Below are positions 39,337 to 48,653 of a stretch of DNA of 64,000 nucleotides, piece after piece (position 1 is the first letter of the stretch; each line of letters starts with the position of its first letter). The DNA comes from Dehalococcoidia bacterium (GTDB taxonomy: Bacteria; Chloroflexota; Dehalococcoidia; Lucifugimonadales; GCA-2712585), in NCBI GenBank assembly GCA_965208725.1, contig CBDBPI010000001.1, positions 969,033 to 1,033,032 on the forward strand, in the 5' to 3' direction. The notes below the pieces were generated by a model. The model was not told the DNA's origin, did no database searches, and worked only from the letters and a program-made list of their open reading frames with translations. A program made the position numbers and the translations under genes.

Positions 39337-41157
39337 ATGAAGATTGCCGTTTGCGTCAAGCAGGTGCCGGTCCTCGCCCGCATCGAGTTTGACTACGAGA
39401 AGAAGACCATCCAGAGGGAGGGTGTCCCCCTGGAGATGAACGTCTTTGACCTCATCGCCTTGGGTCGTGCCATCGAGCTGAAAGATGAGGTCGGCGGCGA
39501 GGTCACAGCCATCACTATGGGTCCGCCCCAGGCCAAAGAAGTCCTCGCTCATGCCCTCGCCGTCGGTGCGGATCACGGCGTCATCATCTCGGACCGGGTC
39601 ATGGCCGGCTCAGACACCCTGGCAACCTCCCGCACTCTGGCCTTGGCGCTTAAGGATAAAGGCTTCGACCTGATCCTCTGTGGCAGAAACAGCACCGACG
39701 CCGAGACGGGGCAGGTGGGGCCGGAGCTTGCGGAAATTCTCGGTATCCCCCACGTAAGCCGCGCCCGCAAGCTGGAGTACAAGCCCGACTCCAACAGCGT
39801 CGTGGTAGAGAGGGAAACTGAAGAAGGCTATGAGGTCCTGGAGGTGGGACTGCCCGCCCTGGTGACTGCCACCGAGGGCTTGAGCGAAGAGCGCTACGCC
39901 CGCCGCCGCGTATTGATGGAGGCGCGAGAGCGTCCCGTGGAGGAGATAAAGGCATCACAGCTATCCGACGACTCTTCACTCTTCGGCGCGGAGGGCTCAC
40001 CCACCTGGGTTGAAGACATCCGCCTCCTCGAACCACAGAGACTGGGCGTTGTCATTGAAGACGTCAAACCGAAAGATGCAGCCCAAGAGATTGCTGATAG
40101 CATCTATAATCAGCCTGTATCCGTCGAAACTAAACTATTATCAGAATTCATATGGCAGAGATACGACGACGGACAGGGCCCAATCATCTGGGTCGTCGCG
40201 GAAAACTCCGCCAGCGGCCTCCGACGCTCCACTCTGGAAAACCTCGGCAAGGCCAGAATGCTCGCTGCAGACCTCCACGCACAGGTCCACGCCGTCTTGG
40301 TGGAGGACTTCTCAAACGAGGATATCGTAGCCCTTGCCCGCTACGGCGCCGACTTTATCTTGAACCTAGCCCCCGCCGTCTATCGTCACCCCACCGGCCC
40401 GGCCACGGCAGCATTGTTCGCCCGTGCCTTGACGGACTATGATCCTTACGCGGTGCTCTTCTCCTCCACCGCCAACGGACGCGACCTGGCCTCCCGGGTC
40501 GCCGCCCGTCTCTCCCTGGGCCTGACCGGCGACTGCATTGACCTTGAACTGGATGACGAAGGCAGGCTCGTTCAACTGAAGCCCGCCCTGGGGGGCAACG
40601 TCGTCGCCCCCATCCTCTCGAAGACCAAACCCTACCTCGTCACCCTCCGACCGGGCCTGCTGTCCCCCGTCACTCCTGAGGACGCCCCGCCTTTTGAGTC
40701 AGGCTTCCCTGAGTACGACTACCATAGCCCGGACCCCATACGCTTAATCGAGACTCACGTCGAAGAAGACGCCGGGGGGCTGGAGTTGGAGCAGGCCGAG
40801 GTCGTCATCGGCGTGGGCATGGGCATCGGCGGCCCGGAGTCCCTCCCCAGGATCAGGCAGCTGGCAGGTAGACTGGGCGCCTCCATCGCGGCCACCCGCA
40901 GCGTCACCGACATGGGCTGGCTCCCCAAACAGCTTCAGGTGGGTCTCACGGGACGGGCCATTGCTCCCAAACTCTACATCGCTGTCGGCATTCGCGGCGA
41001 CTTCAACCATGTCGTAGGCATTCAGAAGGCGGGTACGGTAATCGGCATCAACACCACCCGGCGTCATCCCATCTTCCAGGCCTCCGACTTCTGCATCCTC
41101 GGCTCGTGGGAGGAGTACCTGCCTCCCCTCGTGGAGGCGCTGGCGAAGAAGGACTAA
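39337..41157 (+). CDS. Electron transfer flavoprotein beta-alpha fusion
   Basis: N-half MKIAVCVKQVP, GSDTLATS, DAETGQVG (EtfB); C-half GLTGDC, QVGLTG..PKLYIAVGIRG..HVVG (EtfA). Confidence 0.92.
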   Translation: MKIAVCVKQVPVLARIEFDYEKKTIQREGVPLEMNVFDLIALGRAIELKDEVGGEVTAITMGPPQAKEVLAHALAVGADHGVIISDRVMAGSDTLATSRTLALALKDKGFDLILCGRNSTDAETGQVGPELAEILGIPHVSRARKLEYKPDSNSVVVERETEEGYEVLEVGLPALVTATEGLSEERYARRRVLMEARERPVEEIKASQLSDDSSLFGAEGSPTWVEDIRLLEPQRLGVVIEDVKPKDAAQEIADSIYNQPVSVETKLLSEFIWQRYDDGQGPIIWVVAENSASGLRRSTLENLGKARMLAADLHAQVHAVLVEDFSNEDIVALARYGADFILNLAPAVYRHPTGPATAALFARALTDYDPYAVLFSSTANGRDLASRVAARLSLGLTGDCIDLELDDEGRLVQLKPALGGNVVAPILSKTKPYLVTLRPGLLSPVTPEDAPPFESGFPEYDYHSPDPIRLIETHVEEDAGGLELEQAEVVIGVGMGIGGPESLPRIRQLAGRLGASIAATRSVTDMGWLPKQLQVGLTGRAIAPKLYIAVGIRGDFNHVVGIQKAGTVIGINTTRRHPIFQASDFCILGSWEEYLPPLVEALAKKD

Positions 41158-42044
41158 CGGGCCAGCCGACGCATGAACATGGTGGTCAGGTCTACGAACA
41201 CAACCAGAATCAGGTACCAGACCAGCAGCAGTGCCACGTCCGTATATCTGAATAGGCTCATGTCCAGCAGAAACTCCCGTCCCAGCCCACCGGCGCTGAC
41301 CAGCCCTACCACCACCGTCGTGCGGATGACCACCTCCCACCGGTAAAGCAGGTAGGTGAGAAACTGGGGCAGCGCCTGGGGCAGAATGCCGTAGGCAAGC
41401 ATCTGGAAGACACTGGAGCCGGACGTACGCAACGCACGGGCCGACCTGGGGTCCAGGTCTTCCACCACCTCGGCGGACAGCTTCCCCAGAATCCCGTAGT
41501 TGTGGATGCCCAGGGCAATCGCCCCCGCCAGTATCCCCGGACTGAAGGCGAAGACCACAATCATGGCGATTATCAGCTCCGGTATGCCCCGGCTGAAGAT
41601 GAACAGTCCCCGCAGCAGGTAGTAGAGTGCCCGCGACGGCAGAGAGGCGGAGGAAGCAAGCTCGCCCATTGCCACGTTGCGGGCCGCCGGCAGGAAGGTC
41701 AGCAGCGCCCCGACGCCCGCTATGCCCATAGCCAGTACGCTCATCGCGAGGGTATCGTAGGCAAGCATTCCCGCGTCCATCCACTTGTCCCACTGGAGAA
41801 AGGCGGGTGTTCCTTCGGTGCCCAAACCCGCAAGCTGCCCCAGAAAATCCCCTGCCTGCCGCCACGTTTCCCCTCTGAACAACTCCCGGAAGCCGCCGTC
41901 GGCCACGAAAAGCAGGTACCCCCAGGAAGCACAGCCCAACACCAGAAAAATTGCCACCGATACCCACAACGGATTCGGTCTGATGCCCCGGTTGGAGGTC
42001 ACAGTCTTGAAGAGCGTCACGAGGTGAGATACCTCCTGACCCAT
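41154..42044 (-). CDS. PhnE/PtxC-like ABC permease
   Basis: RGIPEL, GILGKLSAE, YGILPQALP, YRWEVVIR, GLVSAGGLG. Confidence 0.9.
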   Translation of the reverse strand: MGQEVSHLVTLFKTVTSNRGIRPNPLWVSVAIFLVLGCASWGYLLFVADGGFRELFRGETWRQAGDFLGQLAGLGTEGTPAFLQWDKWMDAGMLAYDTLAMSVLAMGIAGVGALLTFLPAARNVAMGELASSASLPSRALYYLLRGLFIFSRGIPELIIAMIVVFAFSPGILAGAIALGIHNYGILGKLSAEVVEDLDPRSARALRTSGSSVFQMLAYGILPQALPQFLTYLLYRWEVVIRTTVVVGLVSAGGLGREFLLDMSLFRYTDVALLLVWYLILVVFVDLTTMFMRRLAR

Positions 42045-42853
42045 GAGCTCCACAGGTCAACCAGCAGCACCAGCCCCACCAGTACGTAGAGCAGCGTCCA
42101 CACTTCGTTGAAGTAGAGGTCCGACAGGGAAAGCTGGATCTGCATGCCTAGCCCACCGACTCCAACGAATCCCATAATGGCGGCGGAGCGGATGGCGCAC
42201 TCGAACCGGTAGAAGGTATAGCTCAACATGTCCGGCAGGGCCATGGGCAGCCTTCCATAGATCAACACCTTGGTCTCTGATGCTCCCGATGCTCGGAGGG
42301 CACGAAGGGGTTCGGCGGGGACGTCGTTGAGGAAGTCGGCGTAGATACGCCCAAGAATGCCTGCGTAGGGGATTGCCAGGGCAAAAATCGCCGCTGCCGG
42401 TGAGAGCCCCACGGCTGCAACAAAGAACCAGGCCCATATCAACTCGTGAACTGCGCGCATGGCCCCAAGCAGAAACCGGAACGCCGCCACACCGGGCACC
42501 CTGACACGCAAGCGTCGCGCCAGCACCCCCGAGGCCAGCATGCCAAGGGGCAGCCCCATAGCGACTGCGAGGCAGATTCCCGCCACTGCGTAGGCGATAG
42601 TCTTCCAGGCGGAACTGAGGGCCAAGCCAAGGAAATCCACCGATAGCTCCGGCTGGATGGCGGCCTGGAAGAACTGTCCGATGGAGCCCAGTCCGCCCGG
42701 ATGGACTGGAGAGCTACCCCACGAAAGAGAGGTCAGGCTCCAAAGAAGGACAACGACAAGCAGCAGGGTCAGGAATCCCCGCCCGCGGAAGAAGTCGCCG
42801 CCCCGTCTACGGGTGGCTTGGGGCGAAGTTGTAGAGGCGGTTGAGGGCCTCAT
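42017..42853 (-). CDS. PhnE/PtxC-like ABC permease
   Basis: RAVHELIWA, AIPYAGILG, YRFECAIRSAAIMGFVGVGGLG. Confidence 0.9.
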   Translation of the reverse strand: MRPSTASTTSPQATRRRGGDFFRGRGFLTLLLVVVLLWSLTSLSWGSSPVHPGGLGSIGQFFQAAIQPELSVDFLGLALSSAWKTIAYAVAGICLAVAMGLPLGMLASGVLARRLRVRVPGVAAFRFLLGAMRAVHELIWAWFFVAAVGLSPAAAIFALAIPYAGILGRIYADFLNDVPAEPLRALRASGASETKVLIYGRLPMALPDMLSYTFYRFECAIRSAAIMGFVGVGGLGMQIQLSLSDLYFNEVWTLLYVLVGLVLLVDLWSSWVRRYLTS

Positions 42854-43577
42854 CCGTCAGTTGCTCTACGGGCAGGTCGAATTCCAGGGTCCCCTTGCGG
42901 AGTCCGACGGCCCGCGAAAAGTATGTGCGCGTCAGGTGGGTGGAGTGAACGCTGGCAATGAGGGTCTTGTTGGACTCAGCGACTATGGACGTCAGCAGCT
43001 GCATCAGGTCTTCGGCGCGGGCCGGGTCCAGGGAGGCGACCGGCTCGTCGGCCAGCACCACCCGCGACTCCTGAGCCAGCAGCCGGGCCATTGCTACCCG
43101 CTGCTGTTCTCCGCCGGAGAGGTGGGACGTCCTTTCGTGCAGCTTTTCCGGAATGCCCACCCGCTCCAACGCCCGCTCCACCATCTCGCGTTCCCGCAGG
43201 GATACGAGGGACACCAGCGATTTCCACAGGCTCCATCGTCCTAGCCGTCCCGCCTGCACGTTGTGTTTCACCGAGAGATGGGGCACAAGGTCAAGCTGCT
43301 GATGCATCATGCCCACCAGTTGGGCGAGGTGGGAGCCGTGGCTCATGGAAGAGAGGGGTTGTCCGGCCAGCAGCACCCGGCCCTCGCTGGGCTGCTCGAT
43401 ACCCGCAATGAGGTGGAGCAGAGTGGTCTTTCCGCTGCCGCTGGGGCCGAGGACCGCGACCCGTTCACCCTCTTGAATCTCCAGCGAGAGGGACGAAACT
43501 GCTGCATTGCCGTTGTACCGCTTGGACACCCCTTCCAAGCGGACTATGGGGGAAGGACTCAGGCCGTTGGTCGACAT
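42807..43577 (-). CDS. PhnC-like ABC ATP-binding protein
   Basis: GPSGSGKTT, NVQAGRLG, LSGGEQQRVA, LADEPVASLDP. Confidence 0.92.
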   Translation of the reverse strand: MSTNGLSPSPIVRLEGVSKRYNGNAAVSSLSLEIQEGERVAVLGPSGSGKTTLLHLIAGIEQPSEGRVLLAGQPLSSMSHGSHLAQLVGMMHQQLDLVPHLSVKHNVQAGRLGRWSLWKSLVSLVSLREREMVERALERVGIPEKLHERTSHLSGGEQQRVAMARLLAQESRVVLADEPVASLDPARAEDLMQLLTSIVAESNKTLIASVHSTHLTRTYFSRAVGLRKGTLEFDLPVEQLTDEALNRLYNFAPSHP

Positions 43578-43578
43578 G

Positions 43579-44469
43579 CTACTGGAGCATCCCCAGGGAT
43601 TTGGCCACGGACTCGATGGCGGCGTAGTTCTCATTCGTGGAGGCGACGAAGGAGTCGGTTCGGAAGGCGTCGAGGAGGTCGGCCTGGGTTTCGTCGAGGT
43701 GCATGGTCAACAGGGCTTCCTGCAGACGTTCGGTAAAGCCTTCGCCGAAGGTCTCGTCCAGGTCACCCCGGACCGACCAGTTGTAGTTGAAATAGGGAGG
43801 AGTGACGTCCACCTGTCGCGCCTTTGTCGTGTCCACACGGCCATCGGCGACGGCCTTGTCCCAAACGGTGTTGCTGAGGGCGCCGGCCTGGAAGGAGCCG
43901 GATTCCACCAGCTTCCATGTGGTGTCGTGGGAGCCGGAGAAGTTGGGCAGGCCGTTGAAGTCGGTTTCAGGGTCTACGCCCGCTTCCAGCAGGTAGTAGC
44001 GCGGCATGAGGTGGCCGGAGGTGGAGTTGATGCTGCCGAAGGTGAAGGTCAACCCGTCCAGGTCTTGCATTCCCTGAGCCGGCAGGTCGGATTGGACGAT
44101 ATAGACGGAGACGAACTCAGCGTCGATAGGGCGTTGGGCGATGGCCATAGCTCCCGGCGCCTGAGCGCGGGCCTGGGCGCCGGTGAGGGCCCCGAACCAG
44201 GCCATATGCAGGTCTGCGTTGGCAAAGGCGGTGACCACTGCGGCGTAGTCGATGCTGGGCTTGTACTCAACGGGCACTCCCAGCTTGTCGCTGAGGTAGT
44301 CGGACAGGCCGTCGAAGCGCCGCACCAGCAGGGAAGTTTCCTGGTCGGGGATGCCGCCTATGTAGAGGGTCTCTGGAGCGTCGCCGTCGTCGCTGCCGCA
44401 GGCGGCAAGCAAGGCCAATGCCAAGAGCAGCATTGGGGCAATCAGCGCGAGTTTCGTAGTTCTGTGCAA
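43579..44469 (-). CDS. PhnD-like substrate-binding lipoprotein, putative selenate ABC transporter clade
   Basis: LAACG lipobox, IPDQ, AWFGALTGAQAR, TFGSINSTSGHLMP, FSGSHD..LVESG, YNW. Confidence 0.85.
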   Translation of the reverse strand: MHRTTKLALIAPMLLLALALLAACGSDDGDAPETLYIGGIPDQETSLLVRRFDGLSDYLSDKLGVPVEYKPSIDYAAVVTAFANADLHMAWFGALTGAQARAQAPGAMAIAQRPIDAEFVSVYIVQSDLPAQGMQDLDGLTFTFGSINSTSGHLMPRYYLLEAGVDPETDFNGLPNFSGSHDTTWKLVESGSFQAGALSNTVWDKAVADGRVDTTKARQVDVTPPYFNYNWSVRGDLDETFGEGFTERLQEALLTMHLDETQADLLDAFRTDSFVASTNENYAAIESVAKSLGMLQ

Positions 44470-44471
44470 GG

Positions 44472-44720
44472 TCCTTCATCTCTTTCTTCGCTTCCGGGCG
44501 ACTGCAATGGCGGGAATGCGTAGCTAGCCTGGAGCGAAGACGAGGGAAGAACTGCTAAAGGGGGAAATGTCTAAGGGGTCAACCAGGGTGCCGGAGCTTT
44601 GCAGGACGCACCTCGCCCATCCAGGCGCGACCTCAGGTAAAGCCCTCAGTGAGAATAGGTATCAAAATCGATGCGGGCATAGGGCAAAGGAATGGTATTA
44701 CGGGCGAGGGCTTTCGTCAA
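44472..44720 (-). promoter_or_regulatory. Promoter plus about 215-nt structured leader with UGA-containing uORF
   Basis: TTGACG(44715-20)-17bp-TACCAT(44692-97); ATG 44680; TGA 44633-35 and 44579-81; hairpins 44604-44632 and 44472-44551. Confidence 0.55.
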
Positions 44721-44731
44721 TGGGGAAAATG

Positions 44732-45103
44732 TCAGTCTGTCTCTGCCAAAAGGGCTTCTGCCTTGTGAACGAAACGCTCAACCTGATTCAGATGGTATCG
44801 AACAGCCTGGGCCACGTACCCATTCTCATAGAAGTTCGCGTGCAGGGTTTCAGCGGAGCCAAATAGGGCTAACAACTCCTGGTCGTCAGCCTCGTCGGTG
44901 AGATCGGAGACTGCGCGTTGGAGGGTCCAATGGCTGAAGTGACGCCATCCGCGCTCTTCGGCGTTGGCCTTCAGTATCTGAGTCGCTGCGCCCCATGCCT
45001 TCTCTGAAGCTTGTGAAAGATCTCCCTTATCGAGTTCTTCGAAAGACTGGGTCAGGAATATGCGACTTTGATTCTGATATGTATTTATTTGCTGCAAATT
45101 CAC
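44732..45103 (-). CDS. PaREP1 family (HEPN-like) protein
   Basis: EELDKGDLSQASEKAWGAA..H.SH..LHANFYE. Confidence 0.85.
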   Translation of the reverse strand: MNLQQINTYQNQSRIFLTQSFEELDKGDLSQASEKAWGAATQILKANAEERGWRHFSHWTLQRAVSDLTDEADDQELLALFGSAETLHANFYENGYVAQAVRYHLNQVERFVHKAEALLAETD

Positions 45104-45115
45104 GCTTTTCAGTTA

Positions 45116-45487
45116 TCAGGCTGATGCTTCGAGTAGTTTCTCTGCCTTGTCTACGAAACGGACGGCACGAAGGAGACTGGCTTCAACAGCCCTGGACGAG
45201 TATGCGTTCTCGTAGAAATTCATGTGAAGAAATCCCACACTGTTAAAGAGCACGGCTAAATCTGAGTCGCCAGTTTCCTCAACCAACGTACCAACTACGA
45301 GAAAAAGATCGCGGTGGGTGCAGTGGTCTAATCCCTTTTCCTGGGCGATGGCCTTTAGCAACTGAGCCGCTGCGAGCCATGCCTTCTCAGAAGCTTGGGG
45401 TAGGTCACCCTTTTCTAGGTCTTCGAAGGCCTGGGTAAAGAATATCCGGCTTTGTTTTTGGTATGTATTCGTTTGCTGCAAGTTCAC
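45116..45487 (-). CDS. PaREP1 family (HEPN-like) protein
   Basis: GDLPQASEKAWLAA..HCTH..LHMNFYEN. Confidence 0.85.
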   Translation of the reverse strand: MNLQQTNTYQKQSRIFFTQAFEDLEKGDLPQASEKAWLAAAQLLKAIAQEKGLDHCTHRDLFLVVGTLVEETGDSDLAVLFNSVGFLHMNFYENAYSSRAVEASLLRAVRFVDKAEKLLEASA

Positions 45488-45499
45488 GCCTTTCAGTTA

Positions 45500-45871
45500 T
45501 CAGGCTGTGGCGCCAAGAAGCGCATCTGCCTTGTCAACGAAACGAACCACGCGCTTAAGGTAGCCCCTGATCGTTTGTACCGAGTGAGCATTCTCGTAGA
45601 AGTTGACGTGAAGATAGCCTGCGTAGGCAAACAGGTCCCTCAGCTCCGGATCATCGGCTTCTATGCTCAAGCTGTCTACTGTGCGCATAACGTCTCTGTG
45701 GCTGAAGTGCCGCCACCCACGATCTTCGCAGATGGCTTTAACGATTTGGGCGGCTGCGCCCCAGCCCTTTTCTGAAGCCTGGGGCAGGTCTCCCTTTTCG
45801 AGTTCTTAGAAAGCCTGGGTCAGGAAGGTCCAGCTTTGGTTTTTGTATGTTTTTGGCTGCTGCAAGTTCTA
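45500..45871 (-). pseudogene. PaREP1 family pseudogene
   Basis: TAG at the position of the paralogs' GTG start; in-frame TAA at 45806-45808; rest aligns (GDLPQASEKGWGAA..LHVNFYEN). Confidence 0.85.
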
Positions 45872-46027
45872 ACCTCATCCTGTAGATGGTCAATTGCGAT
45901 AAAGCTAGAACAAGTGTATAGAACAAACTATGCCGCTGTCAACAGGGTGGATAATTTCCCCTGTTGGCTCTAGAATACCGATGAACTTTCCCGGAGATTT
46001 GGGATGAGGAACGTTAGCCCATTTCAG

Positions 46028-46148
46028 GATACCTTTGCATAACTTCGAAAACGGACTCCAATTATGGTGTAGGCCGGTTCTGTCCATAGCTGAATTGCGG
46101 GATTCTGGATTCCGGCTTTCAACGGAATGACGATTATGCAGAGGTCCT
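46028..46148. mobile_element. 121-bp MITE copy 4, diverged and inverted
   Basis: GATACCTTTGCATAAC...CAGAGGTCCT; internal CTGGATTCCGGCTTTC..GGAATGAC is the reverse complement of copies 1-3. Confidence 0.7.
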
Positions 46149-46184
46149 ATCTTGGGGGGAAGCCACAAACTGGAGGATGAAAAA

Positions 46185-46946
46185 ATGACCGTTTTTGCAC
46201 GATACCTGGCTCACGGCGACATCAACTACGGCGTTGTCGAAGGGGATACCGTCAAGCAGATAACCACCAGTCCCTTCGAGGACTACGAGGTCACGGACCA
46301 TACCCACACTCTCGACCAGGTCAAGCTATTGGCCCCCAGCGTGCCGGGAAAGATCATTGCCGTTGGGCTGAACTATCGCAGCCACCTGGGAGACAGGGCG
46401 CCGCTGGAAGAACCGCTAATCTTCTACAAGACGACAACTTCCCTTGCAGGCCCGGGAGATACAATTGTTATCCCCAAGTCCTTCGACGGACGGGTGGACG
46501 AGGAAGGCGAAGTGGTGGCGATTATCAAGGACCGATGCAAGAACGTGCCCAAGGAAGAAGCGCTGGACCACGTGCTGGGGTACACCTGCGGCAACGACGT
46601 GAGCGCGCGCCAGTGGCAGCGGGGGGACGGTCAGTGGTGGAGGGCCAAGTCTTCGGATACCTTCAGTCCCGCCGGCCCCTTCATGGTCACGGGGCTTGAT
46701 CCCAGCGACATGATGCTTCGCGCCCGGGTGAACGGCGAGGAGGTGCAGGCGGAGACCACGGCCATGTTCCTCTTTGACCTGCCGACGGTCATCAGCCACG
46801 TCACCAAGACGATAACGCTGGAGCCGGGCGACATGATTTTCACGGGCACCCCGGGTGAGCCCGCCGAACTGAAGGACGGGGACGTTTGCGAGGTGGAAGT
46901 GGAGGGGGTTGGCGTTCTGAGCAACCCGGTCCGACGAGAGGCCTGA
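46185..46946 (+). CDS. Fumarylacetoacetate hydrolase family protein
   Basis: KIIAVGLNY, DEEGE, GYTCGNDVSAR, AKSSDTF, LEPGDMIFTGTP. Confidence 0.94.
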   Translation: MTVFARYLAHGDINYGVVEGDTVKQITTSPFEDYEVTDHTHTLDQVKLLAPSVPGKIIAVGLNYRSHLGDRAPLEEPLIFYKTTTSLAGPGDTIVIPKSFDGRVDEEGEVVAIIKDRCKNVPKEEALDHVLGYTCGNDVSARQWQRGDGQWWRAKSSDTFSPAGPFMVTGLDPSDMMLRARVNGEEVQAETTAMFLFDLPTVISHVTKTITLEPGDMIFTGTPGEPAELKDGDVCEVEVEGVGVLSNPVRREA

Positions 46947-47007
46947 AGAATTCGTCTTGGTGAGCCATCTACGGGTCCACCAAGCAAGGGAATAGGGAGG
47001 TGATCCG

Positions 47008-48420
47008 ATGAAAATGTACGTTGCCGGTCAGTGGGTTGATCGGTCATCCGTTACCCCGGTGGTCAATCCATTTGACGGCTCAGTCATAGACACGGTGCCC
47101 CGCGCCGAGGCTTCCGACGTGGAAGCGGCCCTGGCCGCCGCTACTCGCGGGGCGAAGGTCATGGCCGGTATAACCGCCTATGACCGTTACGCGCTGCTGA
47201 TGAAGGCGGCAGGCATCATCTCCGAGCGGGCAGAGGAGTTCGCCCGCATCATCACGATGGAGGAAGGCAAGGTCATCGCCGAGGGCCGGGCCGAGGTGCA
47301 GAGGGCCATCCAGACCATAACGCTGTCGGCGGAGGAAGCCAAGCGGATCCACGGCGAGACGGTGCCATTGGACGGGGTGCCCGGCGACGGGCGACAGATG
47401 GGCTTCACGCTGCGGGTACCCGTGGGCGTGGTGGTGGCCATCAGTCCGTTCAACTTTCCGCTGAACCTGGTATGCCACAAGGTGGGGCCCGCGCTGGCGG
47501 CGGGAAATTCAGTCATCATCAAACCTGCCAGCGACACTCCATTGTCGGCGTTGAAGCTGACGGAGGCGCTGCTGGAGGCGGGGATTCCCGCGGACGGGGT
47601 GCAGTGCATCACGGGTTCCGGCGCAACGGTGGGCGACGCTCTGGTCAGCGATTTGCGGGTGCGAAAGGTGACATTCACCGGAAGCCGGGACGTGGGCGAG
47701 CAGATAGTGAGGGCGGCGGGACTGAAGAAAGTCACGATGGAGCTTGGCTCCAACAGTCCTCTTATCATCATGCCTGACGCCGACCTGGAGAAGGTGGCAC
47801 AGGCCACGGTGGCCAGCGGCTACTCCAACGCGGGACAGGTCTGCATATCCACCCAGCGGGTGCTGGCTCATGGCCGGGTTTATGGGGATTTCCTGGACGT
47901 GCTCAAGCCCCAGGTGGAGGCGGTCAGCACCGGCAATCCTTTGGAGGAGTCGGTGCGGATGGGGCCGATGATCCGGGAGAGGGACGCAGTGCGTGTGGGG
48001 GATTGGATTACCGAGGCCGTTGGTCAGGGCGCGCGTCTGGTGACGGGGGGCGACAGGGAGGGTTCGATGCTGGCCCCAACGGTGGTGGCAGAGGTCAGCC
48101 CGGAAATGCGTATCTCATGTGACGAGCTATTCGGTCCGGCAGTGGCCGTCACTTCTTTTGAGTCTATCGATGAGGCTATTGCTCTTGCCAATGACTCCCG
48201 GTATGGACTCAGCGCGGGCATCTTCACCCAGAACGTGGACTGGGCCATGAAGTTCGCCAAGGAGGTGGAGTCGGGCAACCTGATGATTAACTCCGGGCCG
48301 CAGTGGCGCGCCGACCTGATGCCCTACGGCGGACTGAAGGAGAGCGGCATGGGGAAGGAAGGCCCACGCTACGCGGTGGAGGAGATGACGGAGCTTAAGA
48401 TGGTGGTGTTTCATTTGTAG
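47008..48420 (+). CDS. Aldehyde dehydrogenase family protein
   Basis: ISPFNFP, FTGS, MELGSNSP, NAGQVC, ELFGP, PYGGLKESG. Confidence 0.95.
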   Translation: MKMYVAGQWVDRSSVTPVVNPFDGSVIDTVPRAEASDVEAALAAATRGAKVMAGITAYDRYALLMKAAGIISERAEEFARIITMEEGKVIAEGRAEVQRAIQTITLSAEEAKRIHGETVPLDGVPGDGRQMGFTLRVPVGVVVAISPFNFPLNLVCHKVGPALAAGNSVIIKPASDTPLSALKLTEALLEAGIPADGVQCITGSGATVGDALVSDLRVRKVTFTGSRDVGEQIVRAAGLKKVTMELGSNSPLIIMPDADLEKVAQATVASGYSNAGQVCISTQRVLAHGRVYGDFLDVLKPQVEAVSTGNPLEESVRMGPMIRERDAVRVGDWITEAVGQGARLVTGGDREGSMLAPTVVAEVSPEMRISCDELFGPAVAVTSFESIDEAIALANDSRYGLSAGIFTQNVDWAMKFAKEVESGNLMINSGPQWRADLMPYGGLKESGMGKEGPRYAVEEMTELKMVVFHL

Positions 48421-48653
48421 GGGGAAGGGATTTGGGGATCACCTCCATCCCCCGCCTTCGCGAGGGCAGGCTCTATTCTTTCTCCGTCAAGGAAGAAAGG
48501 AAAGATGGATTCCCGCCTGCGCGGGAATGGCAGGTGATGGTGGCGGGCGATGCGCGAACCGCCCCTATGGGTAGGTTGTGGGTTAAGGTATGAAGAGTGG
48601 GCCCCCGCATTCGCGAGGGTGGGGGCAAGTATGAATGGTTCAGGAGGGAGACT

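Noticed and set aside
44600-44625. Guanidine-III or c-di-GMP-I riboswitch (GGGCGAGGTGCG, GCAAAGCTCCGG fragments)
   Set aside because: Only short partial matches; the required pairing partners are absent.
45680-45707. TGTGCGCATAA resembling the XerC arm of E. coli dif near the skew switch
   Set aside because: No XerD arm, and it lies within PaREP1 coding sequence.
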